From assembly GCA_965219385.1 (NCBI GenBank), contig CBDCNM010000002.1, forward strand, positions 3,606,305 through 3,670,304: 64,000 nt of DNA, given 5' to 3'. Under the pieces are notes generated by a model. That model was not told the origin of the DNA and did not search any database. It saw only the letters and a program-made list of their open reading frames with translations. Origin of the DNA: Candidatus Latescibacterota bacterium. GTDB taxonomy: Bacteria > Latescibacterota > UBA2968 > UBA8231. Within the stretch, counting starts at the first letter, position 1; every line of letters starts with the position of its first letter. Made by a program: the position numbers and the translations under genes. This document shows positions 51,246 to 60,385 of the stretch, in pieces.

Positions 51246-53027
51246 TTAATGCATAATTTGTTGAAAAGTTCTGTCCAGAATCTCTTTGACCACAGGGTCC
51301 CTGATCGGTTTACGTCTACCGCGAGGTTCCAGCTGCTTTTTGATCCATTCCTCGTTTTTCTCTCTCCAGTTGTTGTTAGAAAGAACAATATGGAGAAACG
51401 GAAGGTACCGAGCATCAATAACGAGCTCATTTTTCCGGCAACTGATGCAAGAATCGAGCAATTTATGTGGTTCTTTCAGAGAACCAAATTTTGCATCCTG
51501 ACAAATCCTAATTGTAAGTTCCAAATCAGAATCGCTTACTGAGCGCATCCTGTTCAGTATTTGTTCATCGACATTTCCCGTTCCCATAAACACATAGAGA
51601 AAGTAATGCTGGAACTGTGAATCAATCAGCTGTTGTGATATACCCCATTGGAACACCTTCTCCCATTGGCCCCGATTCCCATGCTTATAGAGGATTAAGA
51701 GCAGGAGCGCGCGAGCATACAACGCACCAGGTCGATGGTCGTCGCGACGTATTCGACTTAAAGCGAAATTCGATAAATCCTTTGATGCGTCTCCGTATGC
51801 AAAACAAGCGTTGCAAAGGAAACCTGTAATACCGATCAACCTCTCAGAATCAATACTTTGGTCCCTCCAAAGATTAAGCAACTTGCTCAATTCAACCTTT
51901 GTAATCATTTGGTTCGACAAATACCTCAGTACATAGTCGACCAAATCAGGGCTTCTTTGCAAGTCGTTGATCGCCAGCCGTCGCATACGTTGAGAATTAT
52001 GTTCCCGAGCGAGAGTATACAATCTTTTAGTTATCCGAGACCAATTTTGAACATTCTTTCGCTTGTACCAGCGTTTCACCTGAGTTGAAAACTTCGACTC
52101 ACAGAACACCTGACGAAGATCGTCGATGCATCGGTTTACCTCGACATGACGCTGTTTCTCGTACTGACCCGTCGGTAAAATATTTGTTTTTGAAGCGTTT
52201 GGGGTCAGCCCGATCTGGGCAAGAGCATCGTAGTGCTTTCTCTTTACCATCTCCGCTTGGTCCTTATCCCTGACAAACACGACCGTATCATCAACAAACC
52301 GCAGGTATTCTTGATCAGATTTTTTCGGAAAATGCCCATCGACGGTTTTTAGATAGTTGTGCGCAATGAGTCTGCTGATGTCATTAGGTTCTATTGGTAG
52401 CCCAGGACTTTGTTCGTATGAGGGACGAACCAGCCACGACTCCAGGCAGTGAAACAGGAATGCTGAGACATCGGAAGATGCACCGGTTCTCTTTTCTAGT
52501 GCGGCACGCGCCCGGGCGCGATCAACAGAGGGGTAAAAGTCGGTAACATCGGTTTCGAATACATAGGCGTACCCTTTTTCTTCGCATGCACGCGCGATAG
52601 ATGAAGTGTAGTCTCTCCATACTTGAAACCAACGTTCATAATCACCTATCCGACGGTTTGAGTTTGCGTGGGAACGCCCACAGAACGTCCGATTATCATC
52701 GTCTTTAGTGATATGAGGCTCAACTGCGTCGATAGCGTTTCGGGCAACGATTGAATCAACAAGGGAAGGGAACACAAGTTCTCGATATCCTCCCGCCCGC
52801 TTTGCCACCCTGCATGGGTAAGCACGGCCAGCCCTATATGTGCCAGCATTCACTTCCGCAGCCAAGAGTTTCCCAAGATCACTGCCATACTCCGTCAATA
52901 CGATCCGCTTCAGAGGGTGTGTGATTAGGTCGTCGATGTCGCTTTTCGACCGCATCCTCCTAATTGTTCTGAAAAGGGCCTCTTTGGAAAAAACACTTTC
53001 CAGATCGGATACTCGAGTAGTTCTCAA
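51246..53027 (-). CDS. Reverse transcriptase, unknown-group/Abi-like (DRT-like), with a long helical C-terminus
   Basis: KRAGGYREL, TDVTDFYPSV, GLPIEPNDISRLIAHNYL, YLRFVDD and GLTPNASKT motifs; TTG start with AGGAAGG RBS; AT-richer than flanks. Confidence 0.9.
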   Translation of the reverse strand: MRTTRVSDLESVFSKEALFRTIRRMRSKSDIDDLITHPLKRIVLTEYGSDLGKLLAAEVNAGTYRAGRAYPCRVAKRAGGYRELVFPSLVDSIVARNAIDAVEPHITKDDDNRTFCGRSHANSNRRIGDYERWFQVWRDYTSSIARACEEKGYAYVFETDVTDFYPSVDRARARAALEKRTGASSDVSAFLFHCLESWLVRPSYEQSPGLPIEPNDISRLIAHNYLKTVDGHFPKKSDQEYLRFVDDTVVFVRDKDQAEMVKRKHYDALAQIGLTPNASKTNILPTGQYEKQRHVEVNRCIDDLRQVFCESKFSTQVKRWYKRKNVQNWSRITKRLYTLAREHNSQRMRRLAINDLQRSPDLVDYVLRYLSNQMITKVELSKLLNLWRDQSIDSERLIGITGFLCNACFAYGDASKDLSNFALSRIRRDDHRPGALYARALLLLILYKHGNRGQWEKVFQWGISQQLIDSQFQHYFLYVFMGTGNVDEQILNRMRSVSDSDLELTIRICQDAKFGSLKEPHKLLDSCISCRKNELVIDARYLPFLHIVLSNNNWREKNEEWIKKQLEPRGRRKPIRDPVVKEILDRTFQQIMH

Positions 53028-53041
53028 TTTTCCAACCCTTC

Positions 53042-53266
53042 CTACAGAGGCTGGTTGAGGGTCTCATCGCGGACGAAGTGAAGGCGAATCAATTTGGGCC
53101 GCGGCATGGAGTCGTCGAAATGGCAAAGCACCGCGTCTCGCACCATGGCCTTCAGGTCTTTCCAGTCTTCTCCCTGCGTATGGATGCCATATCCAAGCGC
53201 ACTTGCTGAATAACCCCCATCTACTTCGTCTTCGCTGACTTCAAAGATGATCTCGGTGCTGGACAT
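53042..53266 (-). CDS. HicB-fold small protein
   Basis: EIIFEV.ED..DGGYSASALG..IHTQGE...LKAMVRDAVLCHF. Confidence 0.75.
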   Translation of the reverse strand: MSSTEIIFEVSEDEVDGGYSASALGYGIHTQGEDWKDLKAMVRDAVLCHFDDSMPRPKLIRLHFVRDETLNQPL

Positions 53267-53300
53267 CGCTCGCTCCTGCGGTATCGGTTTCCCTCCTGGC

Positions 53301-53516
53301 TCAGTCGTCGCGACTATCTGTTTGCTCGGCCTGCGTTGATTGGCGCATTCGCGCGGCCAATTCTTCCAGCGCGGGGTCGGAATACCGCTTGGAATTGAAC
53401 CACTCTATCCGTTCGTCAATAGTCATGTCGGCGGTTTCGGCGGTAACGCGGGCGCGGGCTTCGCGCATGAATTTGACGCAGTCGAACTTCCTTTTGGCGC
53501 GGGGTGCTTCAGTCAT
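53301..53516 (-). CDS. Small protein, probable antitoxin partner of the HsdM-fused PIN domain
   Basis: KFDCVKFMREAR..M...ER pattern typical of small genes after this PIN type; overlaps the hsdM-PIN stop. Confidence 0.65.
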   Translation of the reverse strand: MTEAPRAKRKFDCVKFMREARARVTAETADMTIDERIEWFNSKRYSDPALEELAARMRQSTQAEQTDSRDD

Positions 53517-55947
53517 GGACGATTTCCTCCGGGGTACGAATGTCGATGGCAGGGTATCCATTCTGACGATTGACCTCGTTGCATGCCCTGATGCGCCGCC
53601 AGTTCACCATGTGCCTGAAATTCCAGCTTGCCAGGACATCGGCCTTGGCCAGGGTGGCGAGGGCGATGTGCAGCGCATCGGTCCGGTTGGCCCCACCCAT
53701 GGCCTCACCCGAAATGTAGGCATCGGCGAGCTCTTCTGCCTCTCTTGAAAGGGCGAGTAGTTCCGTGTGTTCCGAGGGAACAGTGCTAGTTGCCTGCCTG
53801 ACGTAGGGTGGAGCATCTGCAAGTTCATCCAAAGTGATGCCTGAGAGGAGCATCTTGGCTTCCCCCTCGTAAAACGCCTCGAATAATCTCATGGATGCCT
53901 CGCGAAATTCATCGTCATGGCAGCCGCCGATCACCGAGGTATCCACATAGATGCGCGGCCTGCCGTACTCAGTCGGGGGTTCGCGCACCATGGGCAGATC
54001 GTCCAACAGCCCTTCCGTTTCTTTCTCCAGCGCCAGGATGTCGCCCCGGATCTCCTCCAGCGTCCGCATCGGTTGGGGCTTGTAGAAATACCGGGTGAAG
54101 CTGATCTCGTAGCCGATTCTCACGCTGTCCGGTTGGTACCAGGCGTCAGCGGCATAAGGAAGGACTTCCCGCCTCAGGAAAGCTTCAATGCCGCCTTCCT
54201 CCTGCAGCGGGATCTGCTCGGTGTCGCGCAGGTCGGTGTCCGGTTCGTACTCCACTACGACGGGCCTGCCGTTGACAGTAGCCTCGAACCGGCCGCGTAG
54301 CGGGTCGGCCTCGGTGCCTCTCTTGTGGATCTTCTTGATGATGGGCGGCGCGGTTTCGCTACGCTCGCAGCTCTCCTTCAGCTTCTTGATCTCGGCGGCC
54401 TTGTAAGCGCGGTCGGGGTCGGCTCCTTCGAGCCGCAGCGGTCGTTCGACCGTCACCTTATAGTAGCCGAAGGCGGCGTTGTCGAAGATCTTGCTCTGCT
54501 CGCTCTCCTCAAAGGCGAGGAAGGTGTCGCAGATGCGCTCGATGTCCTCGTCGCCAAGCTCGCAGTTCTTCTTGCCCAGGTTCTTGCGTAGCGGCCGGTG
54601 CCACTCGGTGGCGTCGATCAGCTGCACCTTGCCCCGGCGCTGCTCCGGCTTGTGGTTGGTGAGCACCCAGACGTAGGTGGCGATGCCGGTGTTGTAGAAC
54701 ATGTTGAGCGGCAGGGCGACGATCGCCTCCAGCCAGTCGTTCTCGATGATCCAGCGGCGGATGTTGCTCTCGCCCTGGCCGGCGTCGCCGGTGAACAGGG
54801 AGCTGCCGTTGTGCACCTCGGCGATGCGGCTGCCGCCCTGCTTCATCTTGGAGAGCTTGTTGGCGAGGAAGAGCATCTGGCCGTCGCTGGAGCGGGTGAC
54901 CAGGGAATACTCGGGATCGCCGGCGTGCTCGATCACGAAGCGCGGGTCCCGCATGTCGTTCTTGCCCCCCATGCGCTCCAGGTCGGTCTTCCAGCTCTTG
55001 CCGTAGGGCGGATTGGAGAGCATGAAATCGAACTCGCGGGACGGGAAGGCGTCGTTGGCCAGGGTAGAATGCTCGGGGCCGCCCACGATGTTGTCGGCGG
55101 CGTCCCCTTCCCCCTTCAGCAGCAGGTCGGCCTTGCAGATGGCGTAGGTCTCGGCATTGATCTCCTGGCCGAAGAGGTGGGTGGAGACCTGCTTGCCGTG
55201 GTCCGTAGCGAGCTGCTGCAGCACGCCTTCGGCCACGGTCAGCATGCCGCCGGTGCCGCAGGCCCCGTCGTAGATCAGGTAGGTGCCGGACTTGATCTGG
55301 CCGGCAACGGGCAGGAAGACCAGCTTCGCCATCAGGGTCACCGCGTCGCGCGGGGTCCAGTGCTCGCCCGCCTCCTCGTTGTTCTCCTCGTTGAAGCGCC
55401 GGATCAGCTCCTCGAAGATCGAGCCCATGCCGTGGTTGTCTAAGCCGGGGTGCCTGACCGAGCCGTCGGCATTTTGCACCGGGGCCGGGCTCAGGTTGAT
55501 GTCGGGTGAGGTCAGCTTCTCGATCAACGAGCCCAGGGCGTCGGCCCTGGAGAGCCGCGATACCTGGTTGCGAAACTCGAAGTTCTCGAGGATGTCCTGG
55601 ACGCTGGGCGAGAACCCGTCGAGCCAGGCCCGGAAGTCGGCCTCAAGCTGCTGGCGATTGGCGCGGGCGCGCAGGTCGCGCAGGGTGAACTTGGAGGTGT
55701 TGTAGAAGGCCTGTCCCGCGACCTGCCGCAGGGTCGCATCCTGCTCGATGACGCCGGCGTCGTCGAGGGTGGCCTTCATGTCCAGGACCGCCTGCTTGCT
55801 GTCCTCCAGCACCGCGTCGAGCCGGCGCAGCACGGTCATCGGCAGGATCACGTCGCGGTACTTGCCGCGCACGTAGAGGTCGCGCAGGACATCGTCGGCG
55901 ATGCCCCAGATGTAGTTTGCGATCCAGTTCAGGTCGCCGTTGCTCAT
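53509..55947 (-). CDS. hsdM: Type I R-M methyltransferase HsdM fused to a C-terminal PIN domain
   Basis: IWGIADDVLRD, YDGACGTGGML, NPPYG, YEISFTRYFY; then IYVDTSVIGG..DALHIALAT..SWNFRH in the same frame. Confidence 0.93.
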   Translation of the reverse strand: MSNGDLNWIANYIWGIADDVLRDLYVRGKYRDVILPMTVLRRLDAVLEDSKQAVLDMKATLDDAGVIEQDATLRQVAGQAFYNTSKFTLRDLRARANRQQLEADFRAWLDGFSPSVQDILENFEFRNQVSRLSRADALGSLIEKLTSPDINLSPAPVQNADGSVRHPGLDNHGMGSIFEELIRRFNEENNEEAGEHWTPRDAVTLMAKLVFLPVAGQIKSGTYLIYDGACGTGGMLTVAEGVLQQLATDHGKQVSTHLFGQEINAETYAICKADLLLKGEGDAADNIVGGPEHSTLANDAFPSREFDFMLSNPPYGKSWKTDLERMGGKNDMRDPRFVIEHAGDPEYSLVTRSSDGQMLFLANKLSKMKQGGSRIAEVHNGSSLFTGDAGQGESNIRRWIIENDWLEAIVALPLNMFYNTGIATYVWVLTNHKPEQRRGKVQLIDATEWHRPLRKNLGKKNCELGDEDIERICDTFLAFEESEQSKIFDNAAFGYYKVTVERPLRLEGADPDRAYKAAEIKKLKESCERSETAPPIIKKIHKRGTEADPLRGRFEATVNGRPVVVEYEPDTDLRDTEQIPLQEEGGIEAFLRREVLPYAADAWYQPDSVRIGYEISFTRYFYKPQPMRTLEEIRGDILALEKETEGLLDDLPMVREPPTEYGRPRIYVDTSVIGGCHDDEFREASMRLFEAFYEGEAKMLLSGITLDELADAPPYVRQATSTVPSEHTELLALSREAEELADAYISGEAMGGANRTDALHIALATLAKADVLASWNFRHMVNWRRIRACNEVNRQNGYPAIDIRTPEEIVHD

Positions 55948-55996
55948 TCTCGTACTGCTCCTCGATGGGGCCTCTCGGGTGGTGAGTTATGCATGG

Positions 55997-56812
55997 CTAC
56001 AGGTCGAACAGGGAAGGCGGGTCCCCTGCGGGATAGTTGTCGAGGTATCTCTGGATGTACTGCCGCGTAACGGGGGGCATCTGCTCGAGATGCCCCTGCC
56101 GGGTCAGCGATTCGTGCTGTCCGTGCTCGTGCGTCATCACCGTCGCCCCGGCGCTCCAGAAGGCGCAGTGCAGGGTCCAGCGCTTGCGCCCCTCCGGGTT
56201 CCAGCCCCGGTGCCAGAGGTTGGCGTTGTAGTAGGCGATGTCCCCCGGCTCCAAGTCGACGACGTGGGCGTTTGGCATCTCTCCCGATTCGCTGCGGGCC
56301 GCTTCGATCTCCGCGGCCGTCGACGCCCGCCGATGACTCCCGGGGACGATATGGAGGAAGCGGTCGCCGGGAACGAGCGGGGCGTTGAACTGCACGAAGC
56401 GGCCCTCGTGCCGGCGCAGGTACGCGGTTTCGTCCTGGTCTCCCGGTCTGCAGAGGTCGCGGTGCCATTTCTGGGTGTACGGCTTCCCGCCGCCGGCGGC
56501 GAGCATGCCGAAAAGGCTGTGGCGCACCCCCGGGCCGCAGACCAGGGCCTCGAGATGGGGTGCGAGATCCTCGTCGATCCAGTCGGCGAAGGCGGGGTGG
56601 TACTTGTCGGGGTCGAGCAGGTGGCCAGTGCGTTCCGGCAGACGGCGCTCGCGGTCGATCCAGCCCAGCTCGCACTCTCCCGCAAGCCCCTTGTCGATCA
56701 GGCGTTCGACCGCCTTGAGAAGCACCTTGATGCGGGTTTTCGCAAAGGCCTGCCGCAGAATGAGAAACCCCTGCACGGCGTAGGTCTCCTTGTCTTTTTC
56801 CGAGATCACCAT
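55997..56812 (-). CDS. Phytanoyl-CoA dioxygenase (PhyH) family protein
   Basis: QGFLILR, WHRD, VPGSH and LEPGD...LWHRG motifs. Confidence 0.88.
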   Translation of the reverse strand: MVISEKDKETYAVQGFLILRQAFAKTRIKVLLKAVERLIDKGLAGECELGWIDRERRLPERTGHLLDPDKYHPAFADWIDEDLAPHLEALVCGPGVRHSLFGMLAAGGGKPYTQKWHRDLCRPGDQDETAYLRRHEGRFVQFNAPLVPGDRFLHIVPGSHRRASTAAEIEAARSESGEMPNAHVVDLEPGDIAYYNANLWHRGWNPEGRKRWTLHCAFWSAGATVMTHEHGQHESLTRQGHLEQMPPVTRQYIQRYLDNYPAGDPPSLFDL

Positions 56813-57063
56813 TACCGGCGGATCGACCTCCGTAAAAGGTTGGTTTCGAGGATACCGAGCTCAACGTATAGGAAAAATAAAGCACCTTTGGGGGTCCTCT
56901 GTCAATGCGCTGAACACACGCAAGGGGCAGGGTAAGCTCTCTGATGGTCGTTTGCAGGTCCTTCGACAGGGCTTGCAGTACGGTTTGGTTGCCTGTCGGT
57001 CCAGGATCAATCCGGGCTACGAGGGGCACTTCAGGGCGCACCAAGCCGTACGGCCGTCCAAAG

Positions 57064-57103
57064 CAAAAGGGAGCGACCCTTGTTCCGGGGCCGCTCCCTT
57101 TTG
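57064..57103. terminator. Intrinsic terminator after the ECF sigma gene
   Basis: CAAAAGGGAGCG...CGCTCCCTTTTG inverted repeat with T-runs on both strands. Confidence 0.85.
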
Positions 57104-57123
57104 TTCTCCTCCTTCTCTTTGTT

Positions 57124-58488
57124 CTAGGCTGCCGCTTCCATTCGCATAGGCATCACCATGGTGCGGTAGGGACGCCCGTCTCCCGGCTCGAACAACACCG
57201 GCTTATTGGGATCGCTGAAGCCGATGCATAGGACCGACCCTTCCTCTAGCCCCAGGCCGCGCACTGCCCCTTCGAGAAAACTACAATTGACTCGGACGCG
57301 GAAATTCTCGACCTCCTGTTCAACTTGGGCCGCGATAGTCGTGTCGAACCGCCATCCCACCGGGGATCGGGGCCGCTCGGTGGGGCCCTCGACGCTCTCT
57401 TTGAGGCTGTAGTAGCCCATGGCGTCGGTCGTCGTCATGACCATGGTCCGGTCAGCCGCGGAAAAGCATACTTCAACGCCCCGCGTATAAGTCCAAGGGC
57501 CGTCCGCTGCCACTGGATGCCAGGCCTCTAGGTGATCGTCCATATAGGCGCAGGCCGCGAGCAGATCGCCGGCCCGCACTCGGATCCAGCAGGGCATCTG
57601 CCCTGGGACGACCTTTTCGTAATCGACATAGGGCATGTCCATTATGGGCAGGATGTGGTGCGCTCCAGACTCCAATTCCAGGACCGCCTCTTGTTCGCCC
57701 AGGGTCAATCGAGCCCCTCCGGCCTCCGAAGTGCTTTCGTCCCAAGGGCCCAACAGCACCGGGGCGGCCAAGCTCTCCAGTCCCGAGGTCTGCCACCAGA
57801 ACAGCCGCGAGCCGTCGGTGGCGACAATCCGCCCCCCCGCGTCCAGAAAGACCCCTTGCAATACCAGCTGTTTCGGGTCGTCCCCCACAAAAGCCCGGGC
57901 CCGCCCCAGGGCCTGCAGATCGCTCTCGTTCAAAGTGAAAACCTGCTCCATGCTCGCATCATCAGCCATATTGTCCAACTCCTCTTTTAAGCGCCGCCGG
58001 GCTTTTTGCAGCCGGCTGCGCACGGTGTCTACTCCTATATCCAGTTGGCGCGCTGTAGCGGCGTACGAGTAGCCTTTCAAGTAGTGGTAGACCACCACCT
58101 GCCTGTGGCTCCGGCTCAATTCGCCCAAGGCCCGTCTCAGCGCGGCCTTCCACACGGGGGGATCTTCGGCCCGAGCTTGCCCAAGCGCCGCCACCTCGCC
58201 GCTTTCGGCCTCCAGCCAACGCTGCTGTACATAGCGTCGGCGGTACCACGTGCGCACCAGATTGTCGGCAATGGCGCCGAGCCAAGCGGCCAAGCGATCC
58301 GGATCCTGCAATTGGTCCAAGCGGGTAAAGGCGCAGACAAAAGCTTCCTGGACAATATCTTCCGCCTCGACCGCATCGCGCACTTGGCGCATCACCCGAC
58401 GGTGCAGCCAGCCCGTATGGCGCCCGACCAAGACGCCAAAAGCCCCGGACTCGCCGGCCAGCGTTTTCTCGACCCACTCTCGATCCAT
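57124..58488 (-). CDS. ECF sigma-70 factor with a C-terminal beta-clamp (DnaN)-like domain
   Basis: EAEDIVQEAF, WL..IA.N and TVRSRLQKARRRL; C-terminus LQGVFLD..IVATDGSRL, YVDYEKVVP, VNCSFL, MVMPMR. Confidence 0.85.
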   Translation of the reverse strand: MDREWVEKTLAGESGAFGVLVGRHTGWLHRRVMRQVRDAVEAEDIVQEAFVCAFTRLDQLQDPDRLAAWLGAIADNLVRTWYRRRYVQQRWLEAESGEVAALGQARAEDPPVWKAALRRALGELSRSHRQVVVYHYLKGYSYAATARQLDIGVDTVRSRLQKARRRLKEELDNMADDASMEQVFTLNESDLQALGRARAFVGDDPKQLVLQGVFLDAGGRIVATDGSRLFWWQTSGLESLAAPVLLGPWDESTSEAGGARLTLGEQEAVLELESGAHHILPIMDMPYVDYEKVVPGQMPCWIRVRAGDLLAACAYMDDHLEAWHPVAADGPWTYTRGVEVCFSAADRTMVMTTTDAMGYYSLKESVEGPTERPRSPVGWRFDTTIAAQVEQEVENFRVRVNCSFLEGAVRGLGLEEGSVLCIGFSDPNKPVLFEPGDGRPYRTMVMPMRMEAAA

Positions 58489-59249
58489 AGATCATCCCTG
58501 CAAAGCGCTTTTACATTAGTATAGATGCGCCCAGGAGCAAAAAGTATCTCGGTCGGTCGAAAAAAATGCGGCCAACTCAATCCTCGGCCATCAATGGGCT
58601 TCCAGCCAAGTGTCAGTAGATTAGGTGACAAGCTGTTTCCCGCCTGTGCAGCGAGTTCACAAAAGGTCGCTACCAACGTTTCGTGTTTTAGCCGCGATTC
58701 GCCCGCCAGCATGAACCCGAATATCTGTAGCCTTTCCTTGTCGTCTCGCCCCTCGTCCAACCTAGTTATCGCGTCGCGACTCGGGGTCAGGTAGTTTCGA
58801 TACAAGGGGATGGGGGCCCCGGTCGTAGGATGGGGCATTAAGTCATGTACGATGTGGCGTCGGAGCCGCTTCACGGATGCCACCTTTTCGAACGCGTCTT
58901 GGAGCGAATCCCGATCCAGTGAACTCTTGATTTCACCTACGCCGATCACGCCTTCGCACGGGTAGTAGGTCGTCTGTGGCGTTCTGTTTATCGAAAACAC
59001 CGGACAAATATCCCGCTCGTATAGGATCACATCCTGCTGACGACTCGTCCCGCCGTAGCTGTCGATCACGAAGCCCTCGCCCACTGCTATTCCCCTAGGC
59101 AGGATCTGTTCCAGTTGATCCCTCACCGGTTGCTCCGCTGCGGAACCCACGGTCGATGGAGTTGTACCGGCTTTCGCGTCCTTGAATTCATCGACGAGCC
59201 GCTCGCCAATCCGGCGGATGAATCCATCCGGATCGAAGTTTCGGTCCAT
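58392..59249 (-). CDS. DUF6602-like PD-(D/E)XK protein, 3' end probably truncated
   Basis: GSAAE..VR..L..LP, GFVIDS.G.TSRQQDVILY and GEIKS motifs; reading frame runs into the sigma gene. Confidence 0.7.
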   Translation of the reverse strand: MDRNFDPDGFIRRIGERLVDEFKDAKAGTTPSTVGSAAEQPVRDQLEQILPRGIAVGEGFVIDSYGGTSRQQDVILYERDICPVFSINRTPQTTYYPCEGVIGVGEIKSSLDRDSLQDAFEKVASVKRLRRHIVHDLMPHPTTGAPIPLYRNYLTPSRDAITRLDEGRDDKERLQIFGFMLAGESRLKHETLVATFCELAAQAGNSLSPNLLTLGWKPIDGRGLSWPHFFRPTEILFAPGRIYTNVKALCRDDLWIESGSRKRWPASPGLLASWSGAIRAGCTVG

Positions 59250-59328
59250 GTTCAAACACTCCTTGATTTCACAGCCCATTCATGTAGTAAAACCACGCTG
59301 GCCATCCCGGAGACTGCCTTGTGCAAGT
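59169..59328. repeat. Direct repeat copy 2 (intact)
   Basis: Matches 41485..41622. Confidence 0.92.
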
Positions 59329-59497
59329 CACGGGGCCATGGCCGTGCTGCCGCTTGCGCTACCTCCAGTCTCGGGAACGGACGCCCAACCCGGCAATGCC
59401 GATACGCATTTCATCCATCTCTCACCCTTTCCTTTCCATGATTCCGCCACGAAGCAATGCGTGATCGCAATAGCTACAAAGGAAGAAAAAATTCCCG

Positions 59498-60280
59498 CTA
59501 TTCCCTACGCGAAAGCCTCCAGACATCCGGCTCCATATTATTCCCCGCCACCATCCACAGCGACCCGTCGTACACGAACACGCTCCCCGCATGTCGGGGT
59601 GCCCAGGGGGTATCGGGCAATTCAGTCCAGTCTACGCCATCGGGCGAATACCACACATCACGGCGATTCCCACTCTCTGCCGCATAGCCTTCTAACACCC
59701 ACATGCGGCCATCGAACGCGGCCACCTCGTGGTATTGCCTGGGTGCCCACGGAGCGTGCGTTATGTGCTGTTCCCAGTGCACCCCGTCTTCCGAACTCCA
59801 CACATCGTTGTAGAAGACCTCATCAGCGCCGACAAATTCGGGCATTGTCTGCCCGCTCATCACCCAGATCCGGCCGGCGAAGGCCAGGGTATAATGAAGC
59901 GCCCGAGGAGCCCATGGCACGTGATCATTCGCCAGCTCCCAATGAATACCGTCCGCACTGCTCCAGACATCGTTCTGATAATGGCCTTGATTGCAATCGC
60001 CGCCTACGATCCACATCCGGTCGTCATGCACCGCATATCCAGCTGTATGCCTCCCCTCCCAGGGCGCATGAGGATTCTCAAGCGTCCAAGAGGTGCCATC
60101 GGCTGACGACCAGACCTCACTGTTGCAGATCAGCGGGAAATGGACTTTATTCCCGGGATTCCAGCCGCCCAGCAGCCACATTCTATCCTTGAACACCAAT
60201 GCGCCAGCGCCATCGCGAGCCGCGAAGGCAGCGTTATCGGTGACGCAGCACCATTCGTATTTACGCTTATCACTATCCAT
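59498..60280 (-). CDS. Kelch-like beta-propeller repeat protein
   Basis: Repeated PW.PR..H...F.GRMWV.GG...NDVWSS.DG..W units. Confidence 0.85.
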   Translation of the reverse strand: MDSDKRKYEWCCVTDNAAFAARDGAGALVFKDRMWLLGGWNPGNKVHFPLICNSEVWSSADGTSWTLENPHAPWEGRHTAGYAVHDDRMWIVGGDCNQGHYQNDVWSSADGIHWELANDHVPWAPRALHYTLAFAGRIWVMSGQTMPEFVGADEVFYNDVWSSEDGVHWEQHITHAPWAPRQYHEVAAFDGRMWVLEGYAAESGNRRDVWYSPDGVDWTELPDTPWAPRHAGSVFVYDGSLWMVAGNNMEPDVWRLSRRE

Positions 60281-60385
60281 CGTGCTGTTACCTCTTGCCG
60301 TTGTGGGGTTCTGCTACCAAATCGCGCCGTAACTTCGTCTATCGTTGCTAGGTATACAACTTATCCTTCAGCACTTGGTGCGGCT

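Noticed and set aside
51114..51542. 142-aa plus-strand and 90-aa minus-strand ORFs at the RT 3' end
   Set aside because: They overlap the RT coding region and have no RBS or motifs; not credible as an effector gene
51246..53027. RT as group II intron, retron, DGR or CRISPR-associated RT
   Set aside because: No GxPQG/YADD or intron domain V; no VTG motif and no room for an upstream msr-msd; no TR/VR pair; no cas genes or array
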